Part shown: positions 1-15,930 of the stretch, in pieces
Layout: every line of letters starts with the position of its first letter
How positions within the stretch are numbered: position 1 is the stretch's first letter
Assembly (NCBI GenBank): GCA_943846765.1
Contig: OX044369.1
Coordinates: forward strand, 1,832,715-1,896,714
DNA: 64,000 nt
Origin: an uncultured Arenicella sp.
GTDB taxonomy: Bacteria > Pseudomonadota > Gammaproteobacteria > Arenicellales > Arenicellaceae
Direction: 5' to 3'
Program-made: the position numbers and the translations under genes
The notes under the pieces: model-generated
Told to the model about the DNA's origin: nothing
Seen by the model: only the letters and a program-made list of their open reading frames with translations
Databases searched by the model: none

Positions 1-1
1 G

Positions 2-763
2 TGGTTGGCACTCGGACTGATTCTGGTATTACCGCTTTTACTGAGCTACTTACTACAGAGCCATAAAGCGGCTAAAAAGCGCGCAGCCGATGGCCATGCC
101 AAACAGAGTAGCAATGCTGATCATGTTGTAGAGAACGCGTACTTAGAAGGGCCTCAATGGTCTCGCGCTCAGGTGGTTAAAGATCCATTCTTTTACGCCA
201 TATTGCCGGGACTGACTTGCCAGTCTTTACTGTATACCGGCTACATGTTCCATCAAGTTCACTTAGTGGAATCAAAAGGGTGGTCTCTGGCTGTTTGGGC
301 GGGGCTTTATCTGGTGTTTTCGCTTACTACTTTGTCGATGTCGTTTGTTCTGGGTGCGCTAGTTGATCGGTTCGGCGCCTTGCGAGTGATCCCGTGGATC
401 AATGTGCCAATGATGTTTGGTTTATTGGTTTTGGCCAGTTCTTCTTCAATACTGACGGCAGTCGTGTTTATGGTATGTATGGCTCTGTCCACAGCAGGAC
501 AAGCGTCAAGTGGAGGGCCTTTTTATTCAGAACGCTACGGTAATAAAAACTTAGGCGCGATAAAATCCTTAGGCAGTTTCTATATGGTTTTGATGACCGC
601 TGTTTCACCCATAATTTTGGGTTACTTTATAGACCAAAGCGTGTCCATGAATGTACTTGCTTTGGGAGGCGTTGTTTATGCCTTGATAGTGTCGGTCGTT
701 GCTGGCTTTGCTTGTAAAGCCGCCTTGTTGTCTCCAAAGCCAAAACCTAACGTTCCGGTGTAG
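2..763 (+). CDS. MFS-type transporter, C-terminal part (5' end outside window)
   Basis: The frame is open from the window edge. The translation is a run of hydrophobic helices (GLYLVFSLTTLSMSFVLGALVDRFG...) typical of the second half of a major-facilitator permease. Confidence 0.6.
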   Translation, partial: WLALGLILVLPLLLSYLLQSHKAAKKRAADGHAKQSSNADHVVENAYLEGPQWSRAQVVKDPFFYAILPGLTCQSLLYTGYMFHQVHLVESKGWSLAVWAGLYLVFSLTTLSMSFVLGALVDRFGALRVIPWINVPMMFGLLVLASSSSILTAVVFMVCMALSTAGQASSGGPFYSERYGNKNLGAIKSLGSFYMVLMTAVSPIILGYFIDQSVSMNVLALGGVVYALIVSVVAGFACKAALLSPKPKPNVPV

Positions 764-814
764 CTTAAAATCTTAGCTTAAAGCCAAATGCCTAAAACCT
801 AAGGGAAATCCTCC

Positions 815-3667
815 TTAGAATAAGCCTTCTGTCTCGTCTTCTGTCTCAACTATTTTTTCTTCAGGCTCAACTCGCTCAAGCTCTTCGTTAGTCGGAGCAA
901 AGGGGTCTTGGTTGCCGCCTTCTTCTCCGGGTTCTCGCAGCGAGTCTGGCGTAAGGTCGGGGTTGTAAGGGAGTAAATCATCATACTCATAAAGCCCGTT
1001 AAGCTTATCCAAGGCTTGCTGTGCCTTTAAGCGATTAGCCACCACCAACTCAGGACGCAGAGGTTCCAAGGCGAAATATTCTTCAACGGCTTCTGGGTCT
1101 TCTTCAACTGTGCGAGCGCCGGTTTCTCGGTTAACGAATCCTCGCTCGATGTATTCAGGAACTGTTTCGGAGTCTACTTCTACGTCTTTTACGCCTTCTC
1201 GCATGTAGTCGATCCATACAGGTAGTGCTGTTCTACTTCCTGCTTCGCCTTTGCCCATCGTGCTGGGTTCGTCGAATCCAATCCAAACGGTGGTCGCCAC
1301 TTTTGAATTAAACCCAGTGAACCAGGCGTCAATGTAGTCGTTAGTCGTGCCCGTCTTACCGGCTAAATCAGTACGTTCAAGCGCTAATGCTTTGCGAGCC
1401 GTTCCGCGCCGCACAACATCCTTCATCATGCTTACCGTAAGAAAGTTGTTGGCTCGGCTCATCACGCGAGGAGCTTCGTATACCAGAGGTGCTTGAAACT
1501 CCTGCTCTGGGGTAGGTGTGTTCTCTACTTCATCGATTGTTTGCGTTTCTGTACCTAGACTATCCTCTAGTTCCGCTTGCACGCCAAGCAACCCGGTCAT
1601 TTCTTCCGTAAGATCCGGAAAAGGCAAATATTGGTCATAGCATTCATCGCAAAACTGCGGTTTGGGTGCTGTGAATATCACATTGCCGTCTCGGTCTTCG
1701 ATTCGCTCAATGAAGTAAGGCTCGACTCTATAGCCTCCATTTGCAAGCACGCCATAGGCCGACAGCAGCTCAAGCGGTGTTACGCCCCCTGATCCGAGCG
1801 CCATAGTTAAAGACGCGCTGAAGCGGTTCATGTCAATGCCAAAGCGATCAATGTATTCGCGTGCGAATGGAATACCTATCGAACGTAAAAGTCGTATAGA
1901 CACAAGGTTCATAGACTGGCCAAGTGCTTCGCGCATTCTGGTAGGGCCAAAGAATTTTCCGGAGTAGTTTTCAGGGCGCCATACCGTACCGTGCGCTGGG
2001 TCGGTCATAACAATGGGGGCGCCGCTGATCAGTGATGCTGGAGTAAAACCTTTGTCTAAAGACGCAGAATATATAAATGGCTTAATGTTTGAGCCAGGTT
2101 GCCGTATAGACTGCACCGCTCGGTTGTATTTATTTAAGAAGAAATCATAGCCGCCAGCTAATGACAATATAGCGCCTGATGCGGGGTCAATTGAAATAAG
2201 AGCTCCACTAACGGCGGGCAATTGAGATAGTTTGAAGCGTTGCGACTCAAATTCTAAGCTTAATGTCGCGCTCTCATCGCCCACCAATTCGGTTCTTTTG
2301 GCTATTAGAGTTTTTCGTTCTTCGTCGTTTAATGCTCGAGGCATAACGTAAACGATATCACCGGGTGTTAGCACTGATTTTACGTCGGTGATCCAATCGC
2401 CAATAATTTCAGCGGTTTTATGTCTGCGCGCCCAGCGCATGTCATCGAGCGCTAAGGACTTGAGTCCGGTGTCTTTTACAAAAATCTGTGCCGATTTGCT
2501 GTCAACACTTAGTACCAGAGCCGGAGATTGTTCGACGCTTCTGGGTATGTCGGCCAAAGCTTGTTCGTAAGCGTCTGCTGGTGCGCTCAAATCTACAGCG
2601 AGTTGGTCTAGACTAACTCTGGCGACGGGCCCCCTAAATCCATGACGGCGGTCATACTCCTCTAAGCCTTTACGCAAGGCAACTTGTGCCTGTTTTTGTA
2701 GTGGTGATTTGACCGTTGTATAGACATTGAGACCGGACCAATAGGCATCTTCGCCGTACTCTTCGATCAACTTAGCGCGTACCATTTCGCCAATATGTGG
2801 TGCAGAGATATCGATGGTTTTAGAGTGTTTACGGGCAGTGACGGGTTGAGCCACGGCTTGAGAGTACACCTCGTCGCTTATTTTGCCGATATCTTGCATC
2901 CGTCCTAAAACGTAGTTGCGTCGTTGCGTTGCGCGTACGGGATTGCGTAAAGGGTTATAGCTGGATGGCGCTTTTGGCAGCCCGGCTAGCATCGCGTGTT
3001 CCGCAACGCTAAGCTCGCTTAACGGTTTGTTGTAATAAACTTCGGCTGCCGCACCAAAGCCGTAAGAGCGATGACCCAAAAAGATTTTATTTAGATACAG
3101 AGACAGAATTTCATCTTTACTCAATATCTGCTCTAGCTTTAAGGCGAGCAAAATTTCTTTAATCTTACGTGTGTAAGTTTTTTCGGGGCTTAGGTAAAAA
3201 TTTCGAGCAACTTGCATGGTGATGGTGCTGGCGCCTTGGCTTGAGCCACCGGCTTCTAGGTTTGCAAGGGTCGCGCGTATAAGTCCAAAAAAATCAATTC
3301 CGCCGTGCGAATAAAACCTGTCGTCTTCGCTCGCTAGTACAGCGTCTATAAGGGTTTGAGGAATTTCCGCCATTTTAAGAGGCTGTCGACGCTCGTCACC
3401 AAATTCGGAAATAAGGAGATTGTCAGCCGAATAGACTCTTAATGGAACTTTAAGCTCAATGCCACGGATTGAGTTGGCATTAGGCAGCTGATTATCAAGT
3501 TGTACGACCAAAAAGCCGACAATGATCCAGCCGATCATGAAGAACGTTGCACCCCAAAGGGCGATAGGGATTAGGAAGCGATATTTAGACAAAACATTGG
3601 ATTTGATGCGCAAATTAGACGACCATGATATATGAATTGAAAAGAATCCTGAATAAAATTGTGGCAT
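815..3667 (-). CDS. mrcA: Penicillin-binding protein 1A (bifunctional glycosyltransferase/transpeptidase)
   Basis: GT51 motifs are present (EDDRFYSHGGID, RKIKE). Transpeptidase motifs SNIK (SxxK) and KTGTTND are present. An N-terminal TM anchor precedes QLPN. The gene is divergent from pilM as in Pseudomonas ponA. I place the start at Met134 of the 1083-aa ORF (ATG 3667..3665), because the longer ORF would run through the pilM start. There is a long acidic C-terminal tail. Confidence 0.9.
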   Translation of the reverse strand: MPQFYSGFFSIHISWSSNLRIKSNVLSKYRFLIPIALWGATFFMIGWIIVGFLVVQLDNQLPNANSIRGIELKVPLRVYSADNLLISEFGDERRQPLKMAEIPQTLIDAVLASEDDRFYSHGGIDFFGLIRATLANLEAGGSSQGASTITMQVARNFYLSPEKTYTRKIKEILLALKLEQILSKDEILSLYLNKIFLGHRSYGFGAAAEVYYNKPLSELSVAEHAMLAGLPKAPSSYNPLRNPVRATQRRNYVLGRMQDIGKISDEVYSQAVAQPVTARKHSKTIDISAPHIGEMVRAKLIEEYGEDAYWSGLNVYTTVKSPLQKQAQVALRKGLEEYDRRHGFRGPVARVSLDQLAVDLSAPADAYEQALADIPRSVEQSPALVLSVDSKSAQIFVKDTGLKSLALDDMRWARRHKTAEIIGDWITDVKSVLTPGDIVYVMPRALNDEERKTLIAKRTELVGDESATLSLEFESQRFKLSQLPAVSGALISIDPASGAILSLAGGYDFFLNKYNRAVQSIRQPGSNIKPFIYSASLDKGFTPASLISGAPIVMTDPAHGTVWRPENYSGKFFGPTRMREALGQSMNLVSIRLLRSIGIPFAREYIDRFGIDMNRFSASLTMALGSGGVTPLELLSAYGVLANGGYRVEPYFIERIEDRDGNVIFTAPKPQFCDECYDQYLPFPDLTEEMTGLLGVQAELEDSLGTETQTIDEVENTPTPEQEFQAPLVYEAPRVMSRANNFLTVSMMKDVVRRGTARKALALERTDLAGKTGTTNDYIDAWFTGFNSKVATTVWIGFDEPSTMGKGEAGSRTALPVWIDYMREGVKDVEVDSETVPEYIERGFVNRETGARTVEEDPEAVEEYFALEPLRPELVVANRLKAQQALDKLNGLYEYDDLLPYNPDLTPDSLREPGEEGGNQDPFAPTNEELERVEPEEKIVETEDETEGLF

Positions 3668-3743
3668 TATTGCTGCGCATTGCTTAGTATTTAAGTAATG
3701 CGTAATAAAAGCGTTGTAAATAGCTGTTTTTAAAGGAGGTTTC

Positions 3744-4793
3744 TTGAAGTTTTTTAGCCCAAACGTCTCGTCGGTTATCGGTTTAGATATCGGTACCCAC
3801 TCTATAAAACTTGTTGAATTGGGTGGCAGTATTGCCAGCCCCAAGATCAATGCGTGGGGGGTTGCTAAAACTCCGCAAAATACCTTTGCCGAAAACGCTA
3901 TTACTAATGTCGACCAATTAGCCGAAGCTGTCCGCGGCTTAATTACCCAGTCTGGCGCAACCAGTAAAATTGCGGCTGTCGCCATTTCGTCGTCGCACGC
4001 TATTACCAAAGTAATTGGCATGCCAGTTGAAATAGGCGAGCTTGAGCTAGAAGAGCAAGTAAACATCGAAGCGTTGCACTTCGTTCCTTACCCGATTGAT
4101 GAAGTAAATATCGACTTCGAAGTAATTGGGCGTGCAGCTAATAACGAACAAGAGAATGATGTGCTTTTAGTCGCCTGCCGACGCGCAATTGTTGACGAAT
4201 ACATAGATCTTATCGAAGCATCTGATTTACAGCTTAAATATGTCGATATCGATACGTACGCTCTAGAGCGAGTTTGTCGTGGTCAAAAGCGTTTAGTCGG
4301 TGAGTCTGACGATCCACTTGCTTTATTTGATATTGGCACGAATACCAGCCACTTGATTTTGTTAGACAAACAACGTGTCATTTATTCGCGACACCAAAAT
4401 TTTGGTGGTGTTCAGCTTATTAAGCAGATCCGTAAAGAGTATGGGGTTAGTGCCGAAGAAGCTGAAGGCATCCTTAATTCTGCACAATTGCCAGGTGATT
4501 TCATTGCTTCTGTTCAAGAGCCGTTTGCCGAGCAGTTGCAACAAGAGATTAATCGCGCATTACAGTTTTTCTATTCATCTAGCCCACATTCAAGTATTGA
4601 TAGTTTGGTGTTGTCTGGTGGTTGCGCTTCTCTTGAGGGTCTAGCTGGCGATTTGGAGATGAAGTTACGTACAAAAGTAAGTGTTCTTAATCCATTTTCT
4701 AGTGCGCGCGTTATGTCGAATAGATCGACTGTGGCAAGGTATTCTGCCTCAATGTCTACGGCCTATGGTCTTGCGCTTAGGGGGTTAAGCTAA
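3744..4793 (+). CDS. pilM: Type IV pilus assembly protein PilM (actin-like ATPase fold)
   Basis: VIGLDIGTHSIKLVEL N-terminal phosphate-1 motif. It is the first gene of the pilMNOPQ order, with an apparent TTG start. Confidence 0.9.
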   Translation: MKFFSPNVSSVIGLDIGTHSIKLVELGGSIASPKINAWGVAKTPQNTFAENAITNVDQLAEAVRGLITQSGATSKIAAVAISSSHAITKVIGMPVEIGELELEEQVNIEALHFVPYPIDEVNIDFEVIGRAANNEQENDVLLVACRRAIVDEYIDLIEASDLQLKYVDIDTYALERVCRGQKRLVGESDDPLALFDIGTNTSHLILLDKQRVIYSRHQNFGGVQLIKQIRKEYGVSAEEAEGILNSAQLPGDFIASVQEPFAEQLQQEINRALQFFYSSSPHSSIDSLVLSGGCASLEGLAGDLEMKLRTKVSVLNPFSSARVMSNRSTVARYSASMSTAYGLALRGLS

Positions 4794-5368
4794 TGGCTAA
4801 CATTAATTTATTACCCTGGCGTGAAGAGCAGCGAAGAGAACGCAATAGAGCAACTCTAATGACTTGTATTGCCATATGGGTGGGCGCTGCATTTTTAGTG
4901 TTTGTTGGCAACATGGTTATGAATAGCCGTATTGAATACCAACAGAGTCGCAACAATTTTTTGACGTCAGAAATTAGTAGCTTGGCGGTTGTGATTCAAG
5001 AGATCGAAGACTTAAAGGACAAACGCGATGCATTAATTGAGCGAATGGATGTTATTCAAACGTTGCAAGAGAACCGAGCGCAAATTGTGCATGTTTTTGA
5101 CGACCTAGCGAGCAAGCTACCTAAAGGCGTTTATTACGAAAGTATTGACAAAAATGACGACCGTTTACATATTGATGGCAAGGCGCAATCAAATGGCCGA
5201 GTGTCCGCGTTAATGCGAAATCTTGATGCATCAGATTGGTTTAGTAACCCTGATTTAAAAGTGGTTGATCTGGCAGATCAAAACGGATCATCGGTGTCCG
5301 AGTTTGATGTGGAAGTTAAAGAATCTAGATCGGGCGGGGGAGACGACGGAGTCGAAACTATAGAGTGA
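4793..5368 (+). CDS. pilN: Type IV pilus assembly protein PilN
   Basis: The NLLPWREEQR signature is followed by a single TM helix. The ATG overlaps the pilM stop (TAATG). Confidence 0.9.
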   Translation: MANINLLPWREEQRRERNRATLMTCIAIWVGAAFLVFVGNMVMNSRIEYQQSRNNFLTSEISSLAVVIQEIEDLKDKRDALIERMDVIQTLQENRAQIVHVFDDLASKLPKGVYYESIDKNDDRLHIDGKAQSNGRVSALMRNLDASDWFSNPDLKVVDLADQNGSSVSEFDVEVKESRSGGGDDGVETIE

Positions 5369-5436
5369 GCGTTTAACGTTACCTATCGGAAAGAATGGCC
5401 GGGTGTTTAGAAACAAAGTATTAAAGAATCAGTCTC

Positions 5437-6060
5437 GTGAGTAAAAATATGACTTTAATTGAAGAACTCAGTAATTTAGACATAAACGACATCGGCTCTT
5501 GGAGTCGACGCGTTAAGCTGGTTGTAGCTTTGCTGGTGTCTGTCGTTATTTTATTTGCAGGCTATTACTTTGTAGTCAAAGATAAATTCGCCGAGTTAGA
5601 AACGGTTCATAGAGAAGAGCAAACGCTTAAGAATCAGTTTTTGGAAAAGAAAGCTCTTGCTATAAATCTTGATGCCTACAAAGCGCAAATGGTGCAGGCC
5701 GAACAAACCTTTGGTTTATTGCTTAAACAATTACCAAATGAGAGCGAGGTTCCTGATCTGTTGGTTGATATGACTCAAGTAGGTTTATCTAGAGGTCTAC
5801 AGTTTGAACAATTTAGATTGGGTGAAACGTTTGCAAAAGACTTTTATGCCGAAAAACTGGTCAATATTCGAGCAAGCGGTAGTTATCATCAGATAGCAGG
5901 TTTTGTGAGCGACATTGCCGCTTTGCCCAGAATTATCAATGTGACAAGCTTCAGGCTGAACCGAACGGAAGGTGATGGCAATGTCCTGACGCTTGAGGCA
6001 GTGACTAAAACGTATCACTATTTAGACGAAGGCTATGTGGCAGATGAACAACCTCAATAA
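5437..6060 (+). CDS. pilO: Type IV pilus assembly protein PilO
   Basis: LDINDIGSWSRRVK followed by a TM helix and a coiled coil, in the pilO position. GTG 5437 or ATG 5449 could be the start. Confidence 0.85.
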   Translation: MSKNMTLIEELSNLDINDIGSWSRRVKLVVALLVSVVILFAGYYFVVKDKFAELETVHREEQTLKNQFLEKKALAINLDAYKAQMVQAEQTFGLLLKQLPNESEVPDLLVDMTQVGLSRGLQFEQFRLGETFAKDFYAEKLVNIRASGSYHQIAGFVSDIAALPRIINVTSFRLNRTEGDGNVLTLEAVTKTYHYLDEGYVADEQPQ

Positions 6061-6586
6061 ACCATTTCAAGCTTTGGCTGTGCTCGGACTGACGTTGGCG
6101 TTGACCGCCTGCGGCGACTCCAGAATGAGTGACTTACGTGAGTTTGTTGACACAGCCTATGCTGACCGCAAGCCAGAGATTGAGCCCTTGCCGGAAATGA
6201 GACCATTCAAAGCGTATGAGTATTCGGCATATGATCTCGACGACCCTTTTGATATTGGCAACGTATTTGTCGGTCGTGATGGTGGCGGTGCAGACACTAC
6301 AGGCTTGCGACCTGATGAAACCAGAGCGCGCGAGCCTCTTGAGTTTTTTCCGCTAGACGCTCTGAAAATGATGGGTACGCTAGAACGCGACAATAAGCCT
6401 TGGGTGATTTTGCAGACCTCTCAGGGCACTGCCCATTATCTAGCTATTGGTAATTACATGGGGCAAAACGAAGGCCAAATAAAAGTAATTGATGTTGCCC
6501 AGCAGGCGATTGTGTTGACCGAAACCTTTTTAAATACAAGCGGTCAGTGGGAAACAAGAGACGTTGAACTAACGATTGAAGAATAG
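6035..6586 (+). CDS. pilP: Type IV pilus assembly lipoprotein PilP
   Basis: Lipobox LALTAC, the expected size and position, and overlap with the pilO end. Confidence 0.85.
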   Translation: MWQMNNLNKPFQALAVLGLTLALTACGDSRMSDLREFVDTAYADRKPEIEPLPEMRPFKAYEYSAYDLDDPFDIGNVFVGRDGGGADTTGLRPDETRAREPLEFFPLDALKMMGTLERDNKPWVILQTSQGTAHYLAIGNYMGQNEGQIKVIDVAQQAIVLTETFLNTSGQWETRDVELTIEE

Positions 6587-6608
6587 GACTGAGTCCGGAA
6601 GAAACCTT

Positions 6609-8942
6609 ATGTTGAATGAAAAAGTAAACATACAGATAGGCGAATGGTCATCTGCCCATGACGGCAGACTGAACAGAGCTAAAGTGGGGATCGTGTTTGC
6701 TGTGTTGATGATGTTCGTGGGCGTTTTCGTTAGCAGTCAGCTGGTTAACGCGCAAGATAAGACAGTATTAAAAGATATCGTTTACAGCAGTCTCTCCGGA
6801 GAGAATGTACAAATAAATTTTGTTACAGATGGTACTTTGAGTGAGCCCGGTAGTTTCGTTACAGACGAGCCGGCTCGTATCGCCCTGGACTTTTTTGGCG
6901 TGAGCTCAGAAGTAGAGACACGCAAGCTTGATATCCAGACAGGGAAAGTTGAAAGTATTACAACTGTAGAGGCCGGTGACAGAACGCGCGTTGTAATTAA
7001 CCTTTATGACACCGCGCGTTACGAATTGCTGCCCGCCTCCAATGGGTATTCGATTACTGTTTTCAATAGTGAAATTGATAGTACTGCAGTCGTTAAGCCA
7101 AAGCCGTTTACTGCACGGCCTGAAGTGGCGACTAAAGAAGCCATTCAAAATATTGATTTTAGACGGTCTGAAGCGGGTGGTGGTAAGTTAGTTGTTGATC
7201 TAAACGACCCAGGTGTAACGATCGATACGCGTGAGAGTGATGGCGAAATTGTCGTAGACTTGCTCGGCGTTAAATTGCCCAGCACTTTAGAGCGCCGGCT
7301 TGATGTCGTGGATTTTGCGACACCGGTACAGACCGTTGATGCGTTTCAGAATGGCGACAACGTGCGCTTGGTAATCGTGCCTCAAGGCAGATACCAGCAC
7401 CTCGCGTTTCAAACAGGCAACCGCTTCAACTTAATCGTTGATCCGATTGTTGAAACCGATGCTGATCGCAATCGCAAAGCACAAGAGGATTTGGGTTTCT
7501 CAGGTGAACGTTTATCGATTAACTTGCAGAAAATTGATGTTCGTAGTGCTTTAGCGGTTATTGCGGATTTTACTGGGATTAATTTTGTGACCAGTGATTC
7601 GGTGCAAGGAGAAATATCGGTCAACCTCAAGGATGTGCCTTGGGATCAGGCATTGGATGTGATCATGCGCAGCAAGGGTTTGTCTAAGCGTCAAACAGGT
7701 AACGTTATTTGGGTTGCGCCCACTACGGAAATTCAAGAATTCGAAGAAGAGGAGTTAAAAGCCAATGCTATTGCGGCCGAATTTGCGCCACTAGTTTCTG
7801 AGATGATTACCGTGAGTTACGCAAAAGCTGAAGTGCTTGCCGAAGTGATTAAGAGCGTCGGTGCTGGCGGCGCTGCGAATAATGGCGGTGGAGCTGATTC
7901 AAATCGCCAGTTTATAGGTGGTGGAGACGGTGGTATTGCCAATGGAATGGGTTTTGGTGGCGGTGGTTTGACATCAGGTGGTAACTCACTGCTTACACCG
8001 CGCGGTAGCGTTACCGCCGATGTGCGGACTAATACACTGCTTATCCAAGATGTTGCTGAAAAAATTAAAGAAATTCGCATTTTAGTGGGTAAACTAGACA
8101 AGCCTGTTCGTCAGGTACTAATTGAAACACGTATTGTTGAGGCCACAGACACGTTTAGCCGCGAACTCGGCGCACGACTCGGTTTTCAAAGGATCACAGA
8201 CAATGCTCGCTTTCCTGGCAGCAATGGTAGCGATATTGGAGGCTTTGTTGGAAGCGGAACAACGGAAGGTTTGGGCGTTATTCAAAATTCGCGAATCGAT
8301 GATGAGCCAGGTTTACTGTTTGATAGTTCACGTGGTGCGCCAGGCGGGCTGGCCGTTGACCTTGGCGCTAACGGAATCTCAGGACAGCAAGCCGCGTCGT
8401 ATGCCTTTGACGTATTTAAAGCTGGTGTGGGCTACGCACATTTAATTACGCTGGAACTATCTGCGTTGCAGGCCGATGGTCGCGGTAAGGTTGTTGCTTC
8501 GCCGCGGTTGATCACGGCAAACCAAAAAGAAGCGTCAATTCGCCAAGGCGAAGAACGCGTTTTCGAACTCGAGGGTTCTGAGGTGGCTGGAATCGAGACC
8601 AAGGAAGCTGTTTTGAAATTAGTAGTTACGCCGCAAATCACGCCAGATGATCGTGTGATTATGGATGTTCAAGTGAATCAGGATACGTTTATTCCTGGCA
8701 CGGCAGGGAATTTAAGTATTAAAGAAGTTAAGACTCAGGTTCTTGCAGATAATGGCGAAACGATAATCATTGGTGGTATCTATCAGGAAGAGAATCAATA
8801 TTCTGAAACAAAGGTGCCCTTCTTAGGTGATATACCGATTATAGGAAACCTCTTTAAGAAAAAGTCAAAGAGAGATAACCGCATTGAGCTTCTGATTTTC
8901 TTAACACCTAAGATCATTAGCCCTAAGTTAGATTTAGGTTAA
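6609..8942 (+). CDS. pilQ: Type IV pilus secretin PilQ
   Basis: Signal peptide (VFVSSQLVNAQ), two AMIN-like N-terminal repeats, and a secretin C-terminus (RLITANQKEA..., VPFLGDIPIIGNLFK). ATG 6609 is preferred over TTG 6576. Confidence 0.9.
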   Translation: MLNEKVNIQIGEWSSAHDGRLNRAKVGIVFAVLMMFVGVFVSSQLVNAQDKTVLKDIVYSSLSGENVQINFVTDGTLSEPGSFVTDEPARIALDFFGVSSEVETRKLDIQTGKVESITTVEAGDRTRVVINLYDTARYELLPASNGYSITVFNSEIDSTAVVKPKPFTARPEVATKEAIQNIDFRRSEAGGGKLVVDLNDPGVTIDTRESDGEIVVDLLGVKLPSTLERRLDVVDFATPVQTVDAFQNGDNVRLVIVPQGRYQHLAFQTGNRFNLIVDPIVETDADRNRKAQEDLGFSGERLSINLQKIDVRSALAVIADFTGINFVTSDSVQGEISVNLKDVPWDQALDVIMRSKGLSKRQTGNVIWVAPTTEIQEFEEEELKANAIAAEFAPLVSEMITVSYAKAEVLAEVIKSVGAGGAANNGGGADSNRQFIGGGDGGIANGMGFGGGGLTSGGNSLLTPRGSVTADVRTNTLLIQDVAEKIKEIRILVGKLDKPVRQVLIETRIVEATDTFSRELGARLGFQRITDNARFPGSNGSDIGGFVGSGTTEGLGVIQNSRIDDEPGLLFDSSRGAPGGLAVDLGANGISGQQAASYAFDVFKAGVGYAHLITLELSALQADGRGKVVASPRLITANQKEASIRQGEERVFELEGSEVAGIETKEAVLKLVVTPQITPDDRVIMDVQVNQDTFIPGTAGNLSIKEVKTQVLADNGETIIIGGIYQEENQYSETKVPFLGDIPIIGNLFKKKSKRDNRIELLIFLTPKIISPKLDLG

Positions 8943-9118
8943 ACTGCATACCAAAATAGGGGTGCTTTAATCTAAATAGCCCCTATCTGGTACTTAATTG
9001 GGATAGTTACAAAACTGGATAGATGCTAAAACACTTGATTTTGACGCATTAAGCAGTACATTCCTCGGTAGAGCGCTGTAGATGGATAGGCGGCGCGTCC
9101 CTCACATACAAAGAGAAT

Positions 9119-9625
9119 ATGCAGAATATTATTTTGATAGGCCCTATGGGGTCAGGCAAGACTACGGTTGGTCGTCAGCTAGCGAAGCGAACTCGGATGG
9201 AGTTTGTTGACTCTGATCATATGATCGAAGATCGATGCGGAGTTTCAATATCAACCATATTTGATATAGAAGGTGAGGACGGATTCCGAAAGCGCGAAAC
9301 CAAGATGCTGACAGAGCTTTGTCAAATGAACGGTATTGTATTGGCAACGGGTGGTGGTGCAATTACAACGGAAGGAAATCGTATTCTTTTGCGTAAGAGT
9401 GGATACGTGGTTTACTTGAAAACCTCTATAAATACTCAGATTGCGAGAACTCAAAAAAACCAAAACCGACCTCTATTAGAAAACGTGGATCCAGAGGTAA
9501 AACTCCAAGAACTCATGGATGAGCGCGGCAATTTATACGAACAAGAAGCAGATTTGATAGTGACCTCTGGGGAGCGAATTGTTTCGAAAGTGGTTGAAGA
9601 AATAATGTCCCACCTAGACAACTAG
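9119..9625 (+). CDS. aroK: Shikimate kinase
   Basis: LIGPMGSGKTTVGRQLA Walker A, 168 aa, and the position after pilQ. Confidence 0.9.
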   Translation: MQNIILIGPMGSGKTTVGRQLAKRTRMEFVDSDHMIEDRCGVSISTIFDIEGEDGFRKRETKMLTELCQMNGIVLATGGGAITTEGNRILLRKSGYVVYLKTSINTQIARTQKNQNRPLLENVDPEVKLQELMDERGNLYEQEADLIVTSGERIVSKVVEEIMSHLDN

Positions 9626-9997
9626 TGATCGGTATAGCTTAACTTTGGTATAACGTATAAGCGCAGGCCTCGTTGAAGCCTTATAGATTCAGTAGATATA
9701 CCGTATAGATTTTGACCTCATTTTCGCTGAAGTGGCTTAAAACATACCACTTACTTCTGTTTTCCCGATTTGCGGCCGTCATTGCCTAATGACTCCAGAG
9801 CCGTAAACGCCTATAATCCACGGCCTACTTTCGGTATTTACTGAAATCGGATTTACTCTGAGCCAGTGATGCTAACGCCCGACAAAGATGCTCGGGCGGC
9901 CAAGATTCGCCGTCAGCGGGAATGTACAAGGATGTTTGTGCTGCGTGATGAACTTCATCGTGCTCTTCGATCAATTTAATCTGAATGGGTCTCAAGC

Positions 9998-15902
<5,905 letters not shown>

Positions 15903-15930
15903 CGAAGCGACTGACGAGAGCTCCCTTTTA

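Noticed and set aside
3668-4066. N-terminal 133-codon extension of the PBP1A ORF (the 1083-aa version).
   Set aside because: It would overlap the pilM start and the divergent promoter. The extension is Ser/Ala-rich nonsense-like sequence. The TM anchor and GT51 domain begin right after Met134.
7628-7635. The 8-mer CAAGGATG used as a stand-alone CsrA-site marker (also at 46699..46706).
   Set aside because: These copies lie inside coding regions, read as Lys-Asp-Val codons and have no flanking stem. Only the 10-mer/hairpin versions in leaders were retained.
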